From positions 124,001-188,000 of the forward strand of contig CBFFRP010000127.1 in assembly GCA_965644295.1 (NCBI GenBank): 64,000 bases of DNA, written 5' to 3'. A program made the translations under genes and the position numbers. The stretch is from Paraphysomonas bandaiensis (lineage: Eukaryota > Protista > Chrysophyceae). How positions within the stretch are numbered: the stretch's first letter is position 1; each line of letters begins with the position of its first letter. The notes beneath the pieces were generated by a model that searched no databases, had not been told where the DNA came from, and saw only the letters and a list, made by a program, of their open reading frames with translations. Shown one piece after another: positions 1-14,414 of this stretch.

Positions 1-3000
1 TATGCACAGAGACTCCAGCTTTTTCCTCTCTCACGTCTAGCTCACGCAAGACACGGAAGATCGCGGCCACATATATCTGCTTGTGGACATGCACTGCATT
101 TGAACTGCTGGGACACATATTGTGCATCCAGGTATTTTTTTTGCGTGTTAGAACTTTTTCATTTCTTGGATATACAAGGATAGAATGTGACTATTTCATG
201 TTGTGTAATTTACTCTTACGGAAGTAATTATTCTTATATACGTAGTTTGGCCAGACAGATTAACTCCCACCAGCATATGGCGTTTATGTCTCACGATACC
301 GAGAAGGGAGAGGTCATATGTCCTCTCTGCAAATCCATTTCCAACGTGGCGTTGCCTCTATACCAACCGACTGCTGACTGTATCACTCTAACACACAATA
401 ATGGGTGTGTCGACGGCAATGACTTCTCTCTGTCGCCTCTACCAGTATCGATATCTATGGATGAGTGGACTGACCGTGCTGCGGCTGCTTACCGCTCAGT
501 TCGCGACAGCATTGATAAGTCAACCGTGGAGGCCATGACTTTGCGTGCTCAGATTCTCTCGGAATCGTGTCTCACTAGGTCCCAGCTGCCTTGGAGAAAA
601 TGTGCCAGTACAAGCCCGAGTTTTAATGTCAACAATGATATTGGGAAGTTCGTTGCCGCAATGAGAACTCTCCATGCAACCTGGTCAGCGACTGCAAATA
701 CTCTCTTTTCTCTCATCAAGCGCACTGAGCTCAGTCACGTTGATGCCACAGATCCGTTTGTGTCAATGGAAACACTCACCAGGGCCGCTGATAGTGGAGG
801 TGGTACAGTATCTGATGTTCTGGTAGTGGAACAGCTCATTCGATGTTTATATCTTGCGCCATATTGGCTTGGACCTAGCATAGATTTTGACAAGCATATC
901 CATCAACCCCTGCATGAATTGCTCGTGAGAAAAAAGTTTTCTTCGTATTCTCCTCCTGTGAAGTCATCGTCTTCGTCTGATATTGGGGAGTGTCTGTTGC
1001 TACACCATCCATTGCCTGTTGTTTTTGATGCTCTTTCTCCTGAGGATCAGCACAGTATTAGCTGGGCCCTTAATGTCATGAAGGATGAGGCTCCAGCTCC
1101 GTCTGCTTGGCCCATATTACGACAACCATTGTTGACTCAAGACTTAACGGTAATGGCCGTTGCCTACACTACAAGTGCTCTACATCCCAAAAATTCGTTG
1201 GGTTACATGAGTCTAATGTGTATCGCTCGCCTGTTACAGATATTACTCGAACCGGTCGTGACAGGTCGTATAAGCTGTGCCACTGCTGATCAAACGATCG
1301 CTGTTAAGAACGGCGACACAGTAAATAACACTGGAGTAGTTGGAAGTATGTCTATAGATGATCTGTCAGCGGCTTCAATTACACATGGAAGTAAAAAGCG
1401 CGACAGTAATGGCGAGGTGCTACGGTCTACGGTTCCGGTTTCTCCACCTTCACGATTGGATGCCACTGTATTTAATAGCGGGGACTTGGATAATCTGAGA
1501 GATTTTGTCTGCCAAGTAGCCAATGTACCGATTCAATCATCGGGGCCCCATGCCATCCCTGAGGGTAAATCCCTTGAGCAGCTCGTGATTGACACATGGC
1601 TGCCTTACCTGGAATTTATATGTGCCCTTCGATTGATTATTACAAATCAACGCGAAGATGCTATGCCATATTCCGATGCACACCATCAATCTGATGGAAG
1701 CAGGTTGTTAGCAGCTATCCATAGGGCTGGCCTTGGCCACCTATTGGACCCTCAAACCAAAAAGTTATCGCTCGATTGGCCATTGATTAGCGACGCAGCT
1801 CGTCTGTGGGGAGAACAATATGCCAAATACTACGAACACTTGCTAACCGATCAGCCGTCTTCTGAAGTAGGTTATACTATGCGTCCACATATGCACTCTC
1901 GTGCACACAGTGTATCCAGTATAGGGGATGAATCCAGCACCAGTGGTATACATGAGGAAAGTAAATATGAGTTAGTTCAAGGAATTGTGGATGCATTGCA
2001 TGACTCTGATATGGAAATAGACGGAGATGGGTTTCTAGGCGATGAGGATGCATCAGAAAGTGATGCTGATGCTTTTGAGATGGATTGGCTTGCTGAAGTG
2101 GGTCCCTATAATGTGGAGCTGTCCAGTTCCTTCCGTGGCCACGATGTTGGGTATAATTACAAACGCTGGACTCTTATTGGGGTGGACCCACCGTTGAGCC
2201 CGTACGTAGCCCCAGAGTTTACTGGTGCAGTGAGCTTTCCTCCTGCCCTTGTGGGTTCTCTCTCAGGCTCAGTGGCCGCTTATGATGCACGTGGAAAGAA
2301 TAGTGAAACTTCAGATAAACACGTGATTCGGCCCCGATTAATTGACAGGTCGCATGCCAGTGTGGGAAGACGTCATACTCTTGGCCTGGTCGACCTTCCT
2401 GACAAGTTTACCGAATTGTACAAAAAGGTAGTAAAACTGGATTGACAATATCATATGAGAATGTTTGTGTAATATTTTCTATCGAATACAAATATCAATT
2501 GCGAGATTCGTTTGTTGTGCTGACCTCATTTTTGTAGTGTAAATACCCGGATACTTTTAATGGCAGTGTAGCTGTGGACGACCCTGCTATATGTCTAGTG
2601 TGTGGGTGTGTTCTTTCAGCAGGTGCCTCCATGTGTTCATGCGTTGAATGTGTATACCGTGGTTGTTAAAAGACGTTCCTCTTTATTACTGATTACAATT
2701 TCTTGTCATTTTTAGGTAATCGTGTCACTCCTGTATCTTCCTCTGGTCCGCGTGAGATAAGCCCAGGCGAGTGCACCTTACATGCACGTGAGTGTGGGTC
2801 TGGGACTTGCATATTCTTTCTAGTTGAAAAATGTGTTGTTGTTCTTATTTCTGGACCGTATGCTGCGTACTTCTCCTCTATATATGTGGATGTGAATGGA
2901 GATTCGGGCTCAATATCAGGACATAACAAACCTCTTTTTCTTTGCAATAGCCGATATGACAAGGTGAAATCGATTTATTTTAGAAATCATGTCGTTAGGG

Positions 3001-3056
3001 AAGTAGTACGAATGAGGTCTGGTGATGAGAGAGTGATTCGTCAAAATTGGTATTAG
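1..3056 (+). CDS. UBR1/PRT6-family N-degron E3 ubiquitin ligase, 3' part (exons 1-131, 246-2427, 2538-2622, 2716-3056)
   Basis: Spliced RING-H2 reads HISACGHALHLNCWDTY...GEVICPLCKSISNVALP. C-terminal UBR motifs LVDLP, PAICLVCG, CTLHARECGSG and YVD are present. Three GT-AG introns join the exons in frame. The gene starts upstream of the window. Confidence 0.88.
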
Positions 3057-4683
3057 GACATGACTGTAAGTGCGTGCGCGACCTTTAACTAAGTGTTAAG
3101 TTTCATCAGCCTCTAATGGTACTTGATCGTCCTATTTTAATAGATTTACCCATCGTAGTGTGTGTTATCGGTTAGACATCACCACAGTACATGCAGTAGT
3201 ATCAGTTGAGTTGTAATAGAAGACATGCACATAAAACTGCTGTTCTTATGTGATGAGATAACAAGTTAGAATTAGATATTACACGTAAACCTTGTTCTAT
3301 GTGTAAACCTTAAACTAGTTTTGTTGCGCACACAGCGTACTTTCAACGCAACATCTGATGAACATCTGTTCTCAGTAACATCTGTTTATCATATGTTCAC
3401 CAGTCACCCAATCTTATGTCTTACTTCCTTTGCAACTATATGTCAAAGTAGTTTTGACTCTTAAACGCATCTGAGCATCAATTAATCGTCAATTTTTGAA
3501 ATTGGGACATCTAATCACAATTGAAATTATAATTGGCTTCAGCTTGCTTCAATTAATTGATAAAACATGTTTTTTGAAATTGCGAAAACCTAATTTTACC
3601 ATAAAAATCGAAGATTGACGAAAGACTATAATATTCATAGGATTATCTCACTTATACAGATCAGAAATATGAGCGATAAACTGGTACCAATGGTCATTGG
3701 ATAAGTGTTCTCCGTAAGAAAGGTCTTCTCTGCGCACTAATCAAACAAGATACCAGGTGGGGCTCCACATTTGCCCTAATCGACCGCGAGTTTGGTTCCG
3801 ACAACAAATGAAATGGTGCATGTCAAGTTCGTGCAATTATGGGAGGAATAGGATTTTTCTCAGTGTGTCAGTACAATACATAGGGAAGAAGGTGAACGCC
3901 AGCTGGACCTCCACGACGTTCGCATATTGTTTAATTGATAGTAGCAAAGCAGTGGAAGCGAGCACGTCTTAACCAGCAAACTCGTTACCGCAGCATGAAG
4001 CTCTTGCATGCCACAACCAATTGGTTGAAAGGTTTTCAGTAGAGCTAATATTGTTATGACGGATTTGCGCAAGAGTATGACTCCTCGGCATTTAGTGCAA
4101 CTGATGTTTTTACGCATAGACCGTCGTCTCTGGAATGAAATGACATTAGAGGTAGCTATATTTGGCTACAACGCAGCCCTGATTGCTAATATAATAAGAC
4201 GTTTACCACTACACACTAATAACTTACTTCAGTTGCACAGTATATATTGTATATCGTATCATAGAGCAGAAACTTATCTAGATAAATGCTAACTTGGGAA
4301 AAATATACTTATAAACAGACGAATGCTCTAAGAATTGACAACAATGCTGCGTTGTACTTGTCCCATTGGTTGTAGCACCTAGTGGTACCTAATCAATTCG
4401 GTGTCATTTACAAGTCACATCAAAACTAGTGTTAAAAACTAGTCAATGGGTTGAAAGCTATGTATAAATAATTCATATTTTGCGTTTACAATTACTAGAA
4501 TAACTCCTTATTCGCCTGGCCCTCAATGAAGATTTTGAATTATTTATTACTTCGACTAGGATTTTACATCAAAATTAGTGTGACTAAGTATTTCAATTGA
4601 TTTGATTAGGTTGAATAACACTTCCTACATCTAATCATACTATCGTTTTTTATGTGTGACCCGACCTATGGTGTCTGAGTATG

Positions 4684-4774
4684 CAGGGCTGCGTAATAAT
4701 TAATTGGTGTAGATTGTAGTCAATTATAATCCAATTATTATCAATAATAGTCAATAAATTGTTACTTAGCCCTG
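4684..4774. mobile_element. Very short MITE with hAT-like CAGGG terminal inverted repeats
   Basis: Left end CAGGGCTGCGTAATAATTAATTG; right end reverse-complements to CAGGGCTAAGTAACAATTTATTG. A near-identical TIR recurs at 49093-49115 and a related one at 33810-33831. The TSD is only weakly visible (CTGAGTATG / CCGAGTGTC). Confidence 0.6.
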
Positions 4775-5841
4775 CCGAGTGTCATTCTTTGCAACATTCA
4801 TAGCTTTACTTTCCTCTTACATGTACACAGGCAATATTGAGCTTATGGCAGCATGGAACCACTCAATATTACGTCAAAATCAACTATAATTAATGCTTCT
4901 CTAATCTGCCACATCAAAAAATTGAAAGTCCATATCTGATGCCACATGTTTCCTCTTACATAATTCTAGCGTTGGTCTCTACATATCGACTTTAATAGTT
5001 ACGTGTTAAAGTAATCATGATTACTACTAGCTACTTCATATAAAATATACATGGTCGCATATCTTCATATATATTCTCTTCGAATACCATACCAGCTTAA
5101 TAAGCCTTCTAGTGTGGCAAAGAATATACGACTGCAGGTAGTGCTCAATTATGCTACTTTAGAATGAGAATCAGCAGCGAATAATGCTCACAGTGTATTT
5201 CATCACAAGTTTCGTAAGAGATAAACGTATACTGTGCTGTAAAATGTTAATCGTAAACAGGAGTAACATATCGTAGACAGGAGATATCGTAAATCTGTAT
5301 CTGTGTACTCTGAGCTTAGTTAAGGTATTTACATGTTAGATAGCGAACACTCTATCAGGGGCTCTATGAACACAGTAATAGTTTTGATCATTGTAATACT
5401 CATAAGTCAATAGCAAGCAAATACTCTCTAGCTACAGTGCAGTATCCATATCACCCACAATATCAGGTTACATCATATGCAGCGGTGGATACTGGCGATA
5501 GGTGCTTATATGAGATCCACACATACATCTATCCTGGTATACGGTGTATACACTGTATACGGTTTGTCCAAGAGACCGTTGGTGTACTGCTGTGTATTTG
5601 CTGCTGTATACTGCTGTACAAAGATCCATCCCACTGTGTCCATATAAACTGCACAGTCCGTATCATCATACTTCTACTTCGCTCTTCTTCTTTATGACTT
5701 CGCTCCGAATATGCAGCAGTTGATATTCCAGTCATAGTATGATACGCGTGTACATGAGTATATATACTATACGCTGAGCCGCATATCACTATATTATACT
5801 ACACTATACTGAATATAGAGAAGATCGATGTTGGCTGCGTA

Positions 5842-8800
5842 ATGGATGACTCATACGATGAAGTGATGTCATCGCCGCATAAATCGATGGAGCCGAATTT
5901 GATTCTGAAGCGCAGGAATCTGAATATTTCTGGAGGAGTGGCGGAGCTCATACCTTCTCAGTTAGATTTCAGCGGACACTACAGGGGGAGTCTCTCAACG
6001 GATGAACATCAGTTGGCCACTTCAGTTGATAGTTTAAGTCAATCTCATCGCCAACTGGAAGGTGAAGCTGTCGCTGCAGCTGTATCCTGGTGGGCTGATT
6101 TGGATGTCGAGGAGTTGATACAAGGATACAGTGATGGGGATGACTTGACAAGTGATATATCTCAAGACTCCTGCGAGTGTGAAAGTAATGAAGTTGTTCG
6201 ACCAAGACCATATTCATCAGCTGCTCAAACACCAGTGTCATTGACTGACTTTTTGTCACGTGAAATATCGGACAAAGGTCATGGTGTTAGATGCAGTGCC
6301 CTTATAGATACTGACTATAATTTGGAGCCTGAATCTTCTCTGAGCGATACAGAATCTGTTTTAGATCTTGTGGAGCATTTTAGTCCTGTACGTAATCAAC
6401 ATGTACACAGCGAGAATGAGCAGCACACTTCGCGATCAGATGAATTTGACCTAAATATATATAGCACTGAATTAGATATTCCCAGTGATGTTCTTATAAC
6501 GGGTCAGCCAGCAAGTAGTTGTTCTGCGCCAAACAGCACATTGGACAATGCGGTGCATGGTCATCTTGATAATTGGGCAAGTATTAGTATCAGTAGTGGC
6601 ACGGAGATGTCAGTTGAAAAAGATGTGATCATTCACCACACGACTGATTTCCGCACAACTCACACTACAGCAAACGCTATATCCCAAACAGGTAAAAAAA
6701 TACTACTACAGGTATCAAACTAACAAATAAATACAATCCAGACAAGCATCACTCGATTGATTTACAACGACATGATGTGAGTATGGAGGGGGTCTCACGT
6801 GATGGTAACAAAGTAGGTGGTAGTGAAGTGAGTGGTACTATGGAGTCATCCGTATCAGGTGTTAATGTCATTGATGAGCGGCAGTCTAGTTCAGGTCATG
6901 CTGGAGTTGTGGTCGCGCGTTCCACACTTGATGGAGATCTCAGTGAGAATAGGGAATTGTCTGTTCGCAGAGGTGTCGATGTGGGTGTTCAACCATCGTT
7001 TGGTTTACAACGACATGATGTGAGTATGGAGGGGGTCTCACGTGATGTTAACAAAGTAGTTACTATGGAGTCATCAGTATCAGGTGTTAATGTCATTGAT
7101 GAGCGGCAGTCTAGTTCAGGTCATGCTGGAGTTGTGGTCACGCGTTCCACACTTGATGGAGATCTCAGTGATAATAGGGAATTGTCTGTTCGCAGAGGTG
7201 TCGATGTGGATGTTCAACCATCGATTGATTTACAACGACATGATGTGAGTATGGAGGGGGTCTCACGTGATGGTAACAAAGTAGGTGGTAGTGAAGTGAG
7301 TGGTACTATGGAGTCATCAGTATCAGGTGTTAATGTCATTGATGAGCGGCAGACTAGTTCAGGTCATGCTGGAGTTGTGGTCGCTCGTTCCACACTTGAT
7401 GGAGATCTCAGTGATAATAGGGAATTGTCTGTTCGCAGAGGTGTCGATATGGGTGTTCAACCATCGGTTGATTTACAACGACATGATGTGAGTATGGAGG
7501 GGGTCTCACGTGATGGTAACAAAATAGGTGGCAGTGAAGTGAGTGGTACTATGGAGTCATCAGTATCAGGTGTTAATGTCATTGATGAGCGGCAGACTAG
7601 TTCAGGTCATGCTGGAGTTATGGTCGCGCGTTCCACACTTGATGGAGATCTCAGTGATAATAGGGAATTGTCTGTTCGCAGAGGTGTCGATATGGGTGTT
7701 CAACCATCGGTTGATTTACAACGACATGATGTGAGTATGGAGGGGGTCTCACGTGATGGTAACAAAATAGGTGGCAGTGAAGTGAGTGGTACTATGGAGT
7801 CATCAGTATCAGGAGGTGTTAATGTCATTGATGAGCGGCAGACTAGTTCAGGTCATGCTGGAGTTGTGGTCGCTCGTTCCACACTTGATGGAGATCTCAG
7901 TGAGAATAGGGAATTATTTGATGAGCGGCAGTCTAGTTCAGGTCATGCTGGAGTTGTGGTCGCGCGTTCCACACTTGATGGAGATCTCAGTGAGAATAGG
8001 GAATTGTCTGTTCGCAGAGGTGTTGATGTGGGTGTTCAACCATCGGTTGATTTACAACGACATGATGTGAGTATGGAGGGGGTCTCACGTGATGGTAACA
8101 AAGTAGGTGGTAGTGAAGTGAGTGGTACTATGGAGTCATCAGTATCAGGTGTTAATGTCATTGATGAGCGGCAGACTAGTTCAGGTCATGCTGGAGTTGT
8201 GGTCGCGCGTTCCACACTTGATGGAGATCTCAGTGATAATAGGGAATTGTCTGTTCGCAGAGGTGTCGATATGGGTGTTCAACCATCGGTTGATTTACAA
8301 CGACATGATGTGAGTATGGAGGGGGTCTCACGTGATGGTAACAAAATAGGTGGCAGTGAAGTGAGTGGTACTATGGAGTCATCAGTATCAGGAGGTGTTA
8401 ATGTCATTGATGAGCGGCAGACTAGTTCAGGTCATGCTGGAGTTGTGGTCGCTCGTTCCACACTTGATGGAGATCTCAGTGAGAATAGGGAATTATTTGA
8501 TGAGCGGCAGTCTAGTTCAGGTCATGCTGGAGTTGTGGTCGCGCGTTCCACACTTGATGGAGATCTCAGTGAGAATAGGGAATTGTCTGTTCGCAGAGGT
8601 GTTGATGTGGGTGTTCAACCATCGGTTGATTTACAACGACATGATGTGAGTATGGAGGGGGTCTCACGTGATGGTAACAAAGTAGGTGGTAGTGAAGTGA
8701 GTGGTACTATGGAGTCATCAGTATCAGGTGTTAATGTCATTGATGAGCGGCAGGCTAGTTCAGGTCATGCTGGAGTTGTGGTCGCGCGTTCCACACTTGA

Positions 8801-11800
8801 TGGAGATCTCAGTGATAATAGGGAATTGTCTGTTCGCAGAGGTGTCGATATGGGTGTTCAACCATCGGTTGATATACAACGACATGATGTGAGTATGGAG
8901 GGGGTCTCACGTGATGGTAACAAAGTAGGTGGCAGTGAAGTGAGTGGTACTATGGAGTCATCAGTATCAGGAGGTGTTAATGTCATTGATGAGCGGCAGA
9001 CTAGTTCAGGTCATGCTGGAGTTGTGGTCGCTCGTTCCACACTTGATGGAGATCTCAGTGAGAATAGGGAATTATTTGATGAGCGGCAGTCTAGTTCAGG
9101 TCATGCTGGAGTTGTGGTCGCGCGTTCCACACTTGATGGAGATCTCAGTGAGAATAGGGAATTGTCTGTTCGCAGAGGTGTTGATGTGGGTGTTCAACCA
9201 TCGGTTGATTTACAACGACATGATGTGAGTATGGAGGGGGTCTCACGTGATGGTAACAAAATAGGTGGCAGTGAAGTGAGTGGTACTATGGAGTCATCAG
9301 TATCAGGTGTTAATATCATTGATGAGCGGCAGACTAGTTCAGGTCATGCTGGAGTTGTGGTCGCGCGTTCCACACTTGATGGAGATCTCAGTGAGAATAG
9401 GGAATTATTTGATGAGCGGCAGTCTAGTTCAGGTCATGCTGGAGTTGTGGTCGCGCGTTCCACACTTGATGGAGATCTCAGTGAGAATAGGGAATTGTCT
9501 GTTCGCAGAGGTGTCGATGTGGGTGTTCAACCATCGATTGATTTACAACGACATGATGTGAGTATGGAGGGGGTCTCACGTGATGGTAACAAAGTGGGTG
9601 GTAGTGAAGTGAGTGGTACTATGGAGTCATCAGTATCAGGTGTTAATGTCATTGATGAGCGGCAGGCTAGTTCAGGTCATGCTGTAGTTGTGGTCGCGCG
9701 TTCCACACTTGATGGAGATCTCAGTGATAATAGGGAGTTGTCTGTTCGCAGAGGTGTTGATGTGGGTGTTCAACCATCGGTTGATTTACAACGACATGAT
9801 GTGAGTATGGAGGGGGTCTCACGTGATGGTAACCAAATAGGTGGTAGTGAAGTGAGTGGTACTATGGAGTCATCAGTATCAGGAGGTGTTAATGTCATTG
9901 ATGAGCGGCAGACTAGTTCAGGTCATGCTGGAGTTGTGGTCGCTCGTTCCACACTTGATGGAGATCTCAGTGATAATAGGGAGTTGTCTGTTCGCAGAGG
10001 TGTTGATGTGGGTGTTCAACCATCGGTTGATTTACAACGACATGATGTGAGTATGGAGGGGGTCTCACGTGATGGTAACAAAGTAGCTGGTAGTGAAGTG
10101 AGTGGTACTATGGAGTCATCAGTAGCAGGAGGTGTTAATGTCATTGATGAGCGGCAGACTAGTTCAGGTCATGCTGGAGTTGTGGTCGCGCGTTCCACAC
10201 TTGATGGAGATCTCAGTGATAATAGGGAGTTGTCTGTTCGCAGAGGTGTTGATGTGGGTGTTCAACCATCGGTTGATTTACAACGACATGATGTGAGTAT
10301 GGAGGGGGTCTCACGTGATGGTAACCAAATAGGTGGTAGTGAAGTGAGTGGTACTATGGAGTCATCAGTATCAGGTGTTAATGTCATTGATGAGCGGCAG
10401 ACTAGTTCAGGTCATGCTGGAGTTGTGGTCGCTCGTTCCACACTTGATGGAGATCTCAGTGATAATAGGGAATTGTCTGTTCGCAGAGGTGTCGATGTGG
10501 GTGTTCAACCATCGATTGATTTACAACGACATGATGTGAGTATGGAGGGGGTCTCACGTGATGGTAACAAAGTGGGTGGTAGTGAAGTGAGTGGTACTAT
10601 GGAGTCATCAGTATCAGGTGTTAATGTCATTGATGAGCGGCAGTCTAGTTCAGGTCATGCTGGAGTTGTGGTCGCGCGTTCCACACTTGATGGAGATCTC
10701 AGTGATAATAGGGAATTGTCTGTTCGCAGAGGTGTCGATATGGGTGTTCAACCATCGGTTGATATACAACGACATGATGTGAGTATGGAGGGGGTCTCAC
10801 GTGATGGTAACAAAGTAGGTGGCAGTGAAGTGAGTGGTACTATGGAGTCATCAGTATCAGGTGTTAATGTCATTGATGAGCGGCAGGCTAGTTCAGGTCA
10901 TGCTGTAGTTGTGGTCGCTCGTTCCACACTTGATGGAGATCTCAGTGATAATAGGGAATTGTCTGTTCGCAGAGGTGTCGGTATGGATGTTCAACCATCG
11001 GTTGATTTACAACGACATGATGTGAGTATGGAGGGGGTCTCACGTGATGGTAACAAAGTAGTTACTATGGAGTCATCAGTTTCAGGAGGTGTTAATGTCA
11101 TTGATGAGCGGCAGTCTAGTTCAGGTCATGCTGGAGTTGTGGTCGCGCGTTCCACACTTGATGGAGATCTCAGTGAGAATAGGGAATTGTCTGTTCGCAG
11201 AGGTGTCGATGTGGGTGTTCAACCATCGGTTGATTTACAACGACATGATGTGAGTATGGAGGGGGTCTCACGTGATGGTAACAAAGTAGCTGGTAGTGAA
11301 GTGAGTGGTACTATGGAGTCATCAGTATCAGGAGGTGTTAATGTCATTGATGAGCGGCAGGCTAGTTCAGGTCATGCTGGAGTTGTGGTCGCTCGTTCCA
11401 CACTTGATGGAGATCTCAGTGATAATAGGGAGTTGTCTGTTCGCAGAGGTGTCGATGTGGGTGTTCAACCATCGACAGATTTTACTTCTAGTAGATTTTC
11501 TCGTGAACCGGAGGCATCGTCAGATATTGTGCATTTGACTCGTAGGCCACATCATAGGAGCACACCACAGACAGATTTACCAAGTATGGATCCTGTATCG
11601 TCTCCATTGTCATCGACTTTCCGTCCTGGGAATAGCCGTTTATGTGACGAGGCTACAGAATTTTCTCCTCCTCGGCTAAATCATCGTTCTTTAACTACCA
11701 CTTTTCCTGTGGGACTCCCAAGTTCAGGTGAGATGAATCAAACCCCGCACAATGAGTCAGTGCGCTATCTTCAGCAGCACTCATATCATAGCAACGAAAG

Positions 11801-12965
11801 CCGAAGAGAGTACGTAGAAACCGATGGGGAGAATTTGTCATCTAAATGGTCACGTTATTTTCCGCACAAAGTACCCGACTCTACAATGCCGCTGCATAGT
11901 TCTAATCATTGGGGTATAAAATCGATTCATAAACAAGATGATCTATCTCTCATTGGACATGATGTCGTCTCGAAATCTGTGCAAACTGCGCCAGATCCCC
12001 CTCTGACTGCAAGGAAGTCTACTGTCACACCGGTATATAGGTCAAGCGAGTCACAAACCATCGTTCAAGATAACCTCTCACCTGCGGTAAAATTATGGCA
12101 GAGTGATAGTGCTCACGATTTCTACTCTTCTGTTCGTGCTAGTTATCCGAATGCTAAAATACACTCACATGAAAAGACTCCTATGTATAGTCCTGATGGG
12201 AAGGTGGTACAGAAAATGTCATCTGCTCATCGAAGACAGGTGGTGAAGTGGAATCTTGGCCCATCAACTAAACCAGTGACATCTAGTCGGCGGGGTTATG
12301 ATAACAGTAATGAGAGTGGTGATGTGTCAACTCAAAAGTCCTTAATATCAGCCTCTCAGGAGAGTGTTCACAAGACTGGCTATGCGGAATATAAATCACG
12401 GGATATGTCTGTACCCGCTAGCAAACGCCCTGATCGGAGCGGTAACAGCTCACCTGTAGTTAGTGACAGTATGATTGTTCGGGATTTATTTTCTGCAACA
12501 GACTCTCCGATACGCAATGTGGGCTCCACATCTCACCTATCATCTGAAAGCAAGAGGGTCACGTTACCACTACCTAGTGCTTCAAACACTGACCAGAATG
12601 ATAGAAGAAATTTTAATTCACGAAATAGAATGGACGGGACGAGTCTATTGTCTTACGCTGAACCAAGTGGGGTTGAGAGCAGCATGGCACTATCACAGAT
12701 GTGGGTAATTGACAGTATGATGCGTGAGGCGTTATGGGCAGAATCATCCCCCTCTCATGGAGATGGTCACATTCAAGGAAGGAGTTCTCCTTATGAGACG
12801 GAATTAGGAGCATATGAGCCGGTTGATAAAAGTGTCAATCAACTGAAAGAGTCCTTGGGATCTTTCCTGAATGGGGTCGATACTGCAATTTTTCACCCTC
12901 AAAGAGATATCCCTAACGCAAGTGTACCGTCGTTGCTGGAGAGTGGATTCAACCCTTTAATATAG
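5842..12965 (+). CDS. Large (~2,357 aa) low-complexity repeat protein of unknown function (exons 5842-6691, 6742-12965)
   Basis: A 50-nt intron (6692 GTAAAA ... CTAAC ... TCCAG 6741, phase 1) joins the 293-aa and 2062-aa ORFs in frame. Acidic Ser-rich N-terminus, central repeat array, Ser-rich C-terminus. No signal peptide or recognisable folded domain. Confidence 0.72.
6753..11476 (+). repeat. Coding tandem repeat, 18 units of ~243 bp (81 aa), with 246, 333/336 and ~225 bp variants
   Basis: The anchor CATGATGTGAGTATGGAG (HDVSME) occurs 18 times. Unit spacing read from the ORF track includes 243/336/243/336/243/336. All indels are multiples of 3. Confidence 0.97.
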
Positions 12966-14414
12966 ACCATTGAACAGTATATATGTAAAAAACAATGCTA
13001 TTGTATTAGTAGAAATAAGTGAGACGAAGCAATGATTTTTAAGTGAATATTTTATTATGTTTTATAGTGTATAGTCATGAATAATCATCTAAATAAACAA
13101 TCAAATTCTCCTTCACTGAAATATATTTGCAGCCATTTTAAATACAATCTTTATCAGGCAAAAGCTAAACTAATATATTATTGTCTGTGGCACAGCTGCA
13201 CTCAACCACATCCAGCTCACATGTACGTACTGAAGAAATGACGTAAATGCAATTGCATGTATAATGCTCCCTTTTCTACGGTACTATATTATCGCCATCT
13301 TGAAAAGAAGATAACTACCAGAATGTTTACCATTTTTGCTCCATGAAATATAAATGGTGTGAGCTATGTTTTCTACTTTAAGTAAGTTATATTCTGTAAG
13401 AGTTTACAATATTAATTACACTGAGCAACCACACGCTTCAGTAAATAACCATATCAAGTTATAAAATGCGTACTGACACTCAATATACATAAACGAGGAG
13501 GTGCTTATTCTTTTGTGTGCTATCATTCTTTGAACAAACTCATACTCTCATAGCAATCTTTAAGAACACGACAGTCTTTACAATGTGTTCTCTACTACAA
13601 GTGTTCCTCCTGATTATAAGACATCAAACAAAAACAATCTAGCATTAAAAAAGGATAAATTCATGAAAATAAACACATAATTCACTGTACAGGACCCCGT
13701 GTTGTCATTTGAATGAGAGAACCATCTGACAGCTGTGTGAGTCTGGTGCGCTGATAGACCACACCCTACACATCATCTCTGTATCTGTGAGTTATAGAGC
13801 ATTTTACGGGACTATCTACCTACTCCGTTCCAGTGACTGGTATGTACAGTGTGAAGAGTCTCTGATATCTTCCACTCCATCTCAACATACCATACATATC
13901 ATCTTATGTACGTATACACTGCCACTGTATATCTGTAGTCCAGTACAAGTATCGATACGTCAGTCTGTTGCTGTATATAGCAGACATTATACAATGTATA
14001 CAGAGTATTCGGTATGGTGTAAGAACATATGTATACACGTATACCGGTATACACTGTATGCATGTATGCATGTACTCTCATGTTGAGCCTCCACACACAC
14101 ACACACACACTTCACCTGACTCACTTCTGGCTTCCTTCTCTTTAACATCACCCACATACATGTACAGTCCTCATACACACATACACAGCTGTATATATAC
14201 ACCTCCATCTCGACTCATATACAACTATACTTGAAACCCATCAAGGTCATCCCTCACCAGCACCATCTGAATGACTCCTGCGTATAACCTTTCATTGAAA
14301 TAATGTCTGATACCACAGCGAGACTCTCTCGATTTGTTGATCGTAGAAAAAGACACTCTGGATTTTGTTGAGTCTTATTATTAATAGTTGCTTGAAGAGT
14401 ATTCAGTATAAAGG

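Noticed and set aside
3640-4292. Possible decayed gene or transposon fragment
   Set aside because: Slightly coding-like, but only short overlapping ORFs with no recognisable motif or termini.
6753-11476. CRISPR array or Kex2-processed peptide (RiPP-like) precursor
   Set aside because: There are no unique spacers and the units are 243 bp and coding. Each unit has one RR dibasic site, but the protein has no signal peptide and no tailoring enzymes are adjacent.
6832-11538. Repeated 63-94 aa MVLWSHQ... ORFs
   Set aside because: These are alternative-frame shadows of the repeat array. They start at GTG and are broken in some units.
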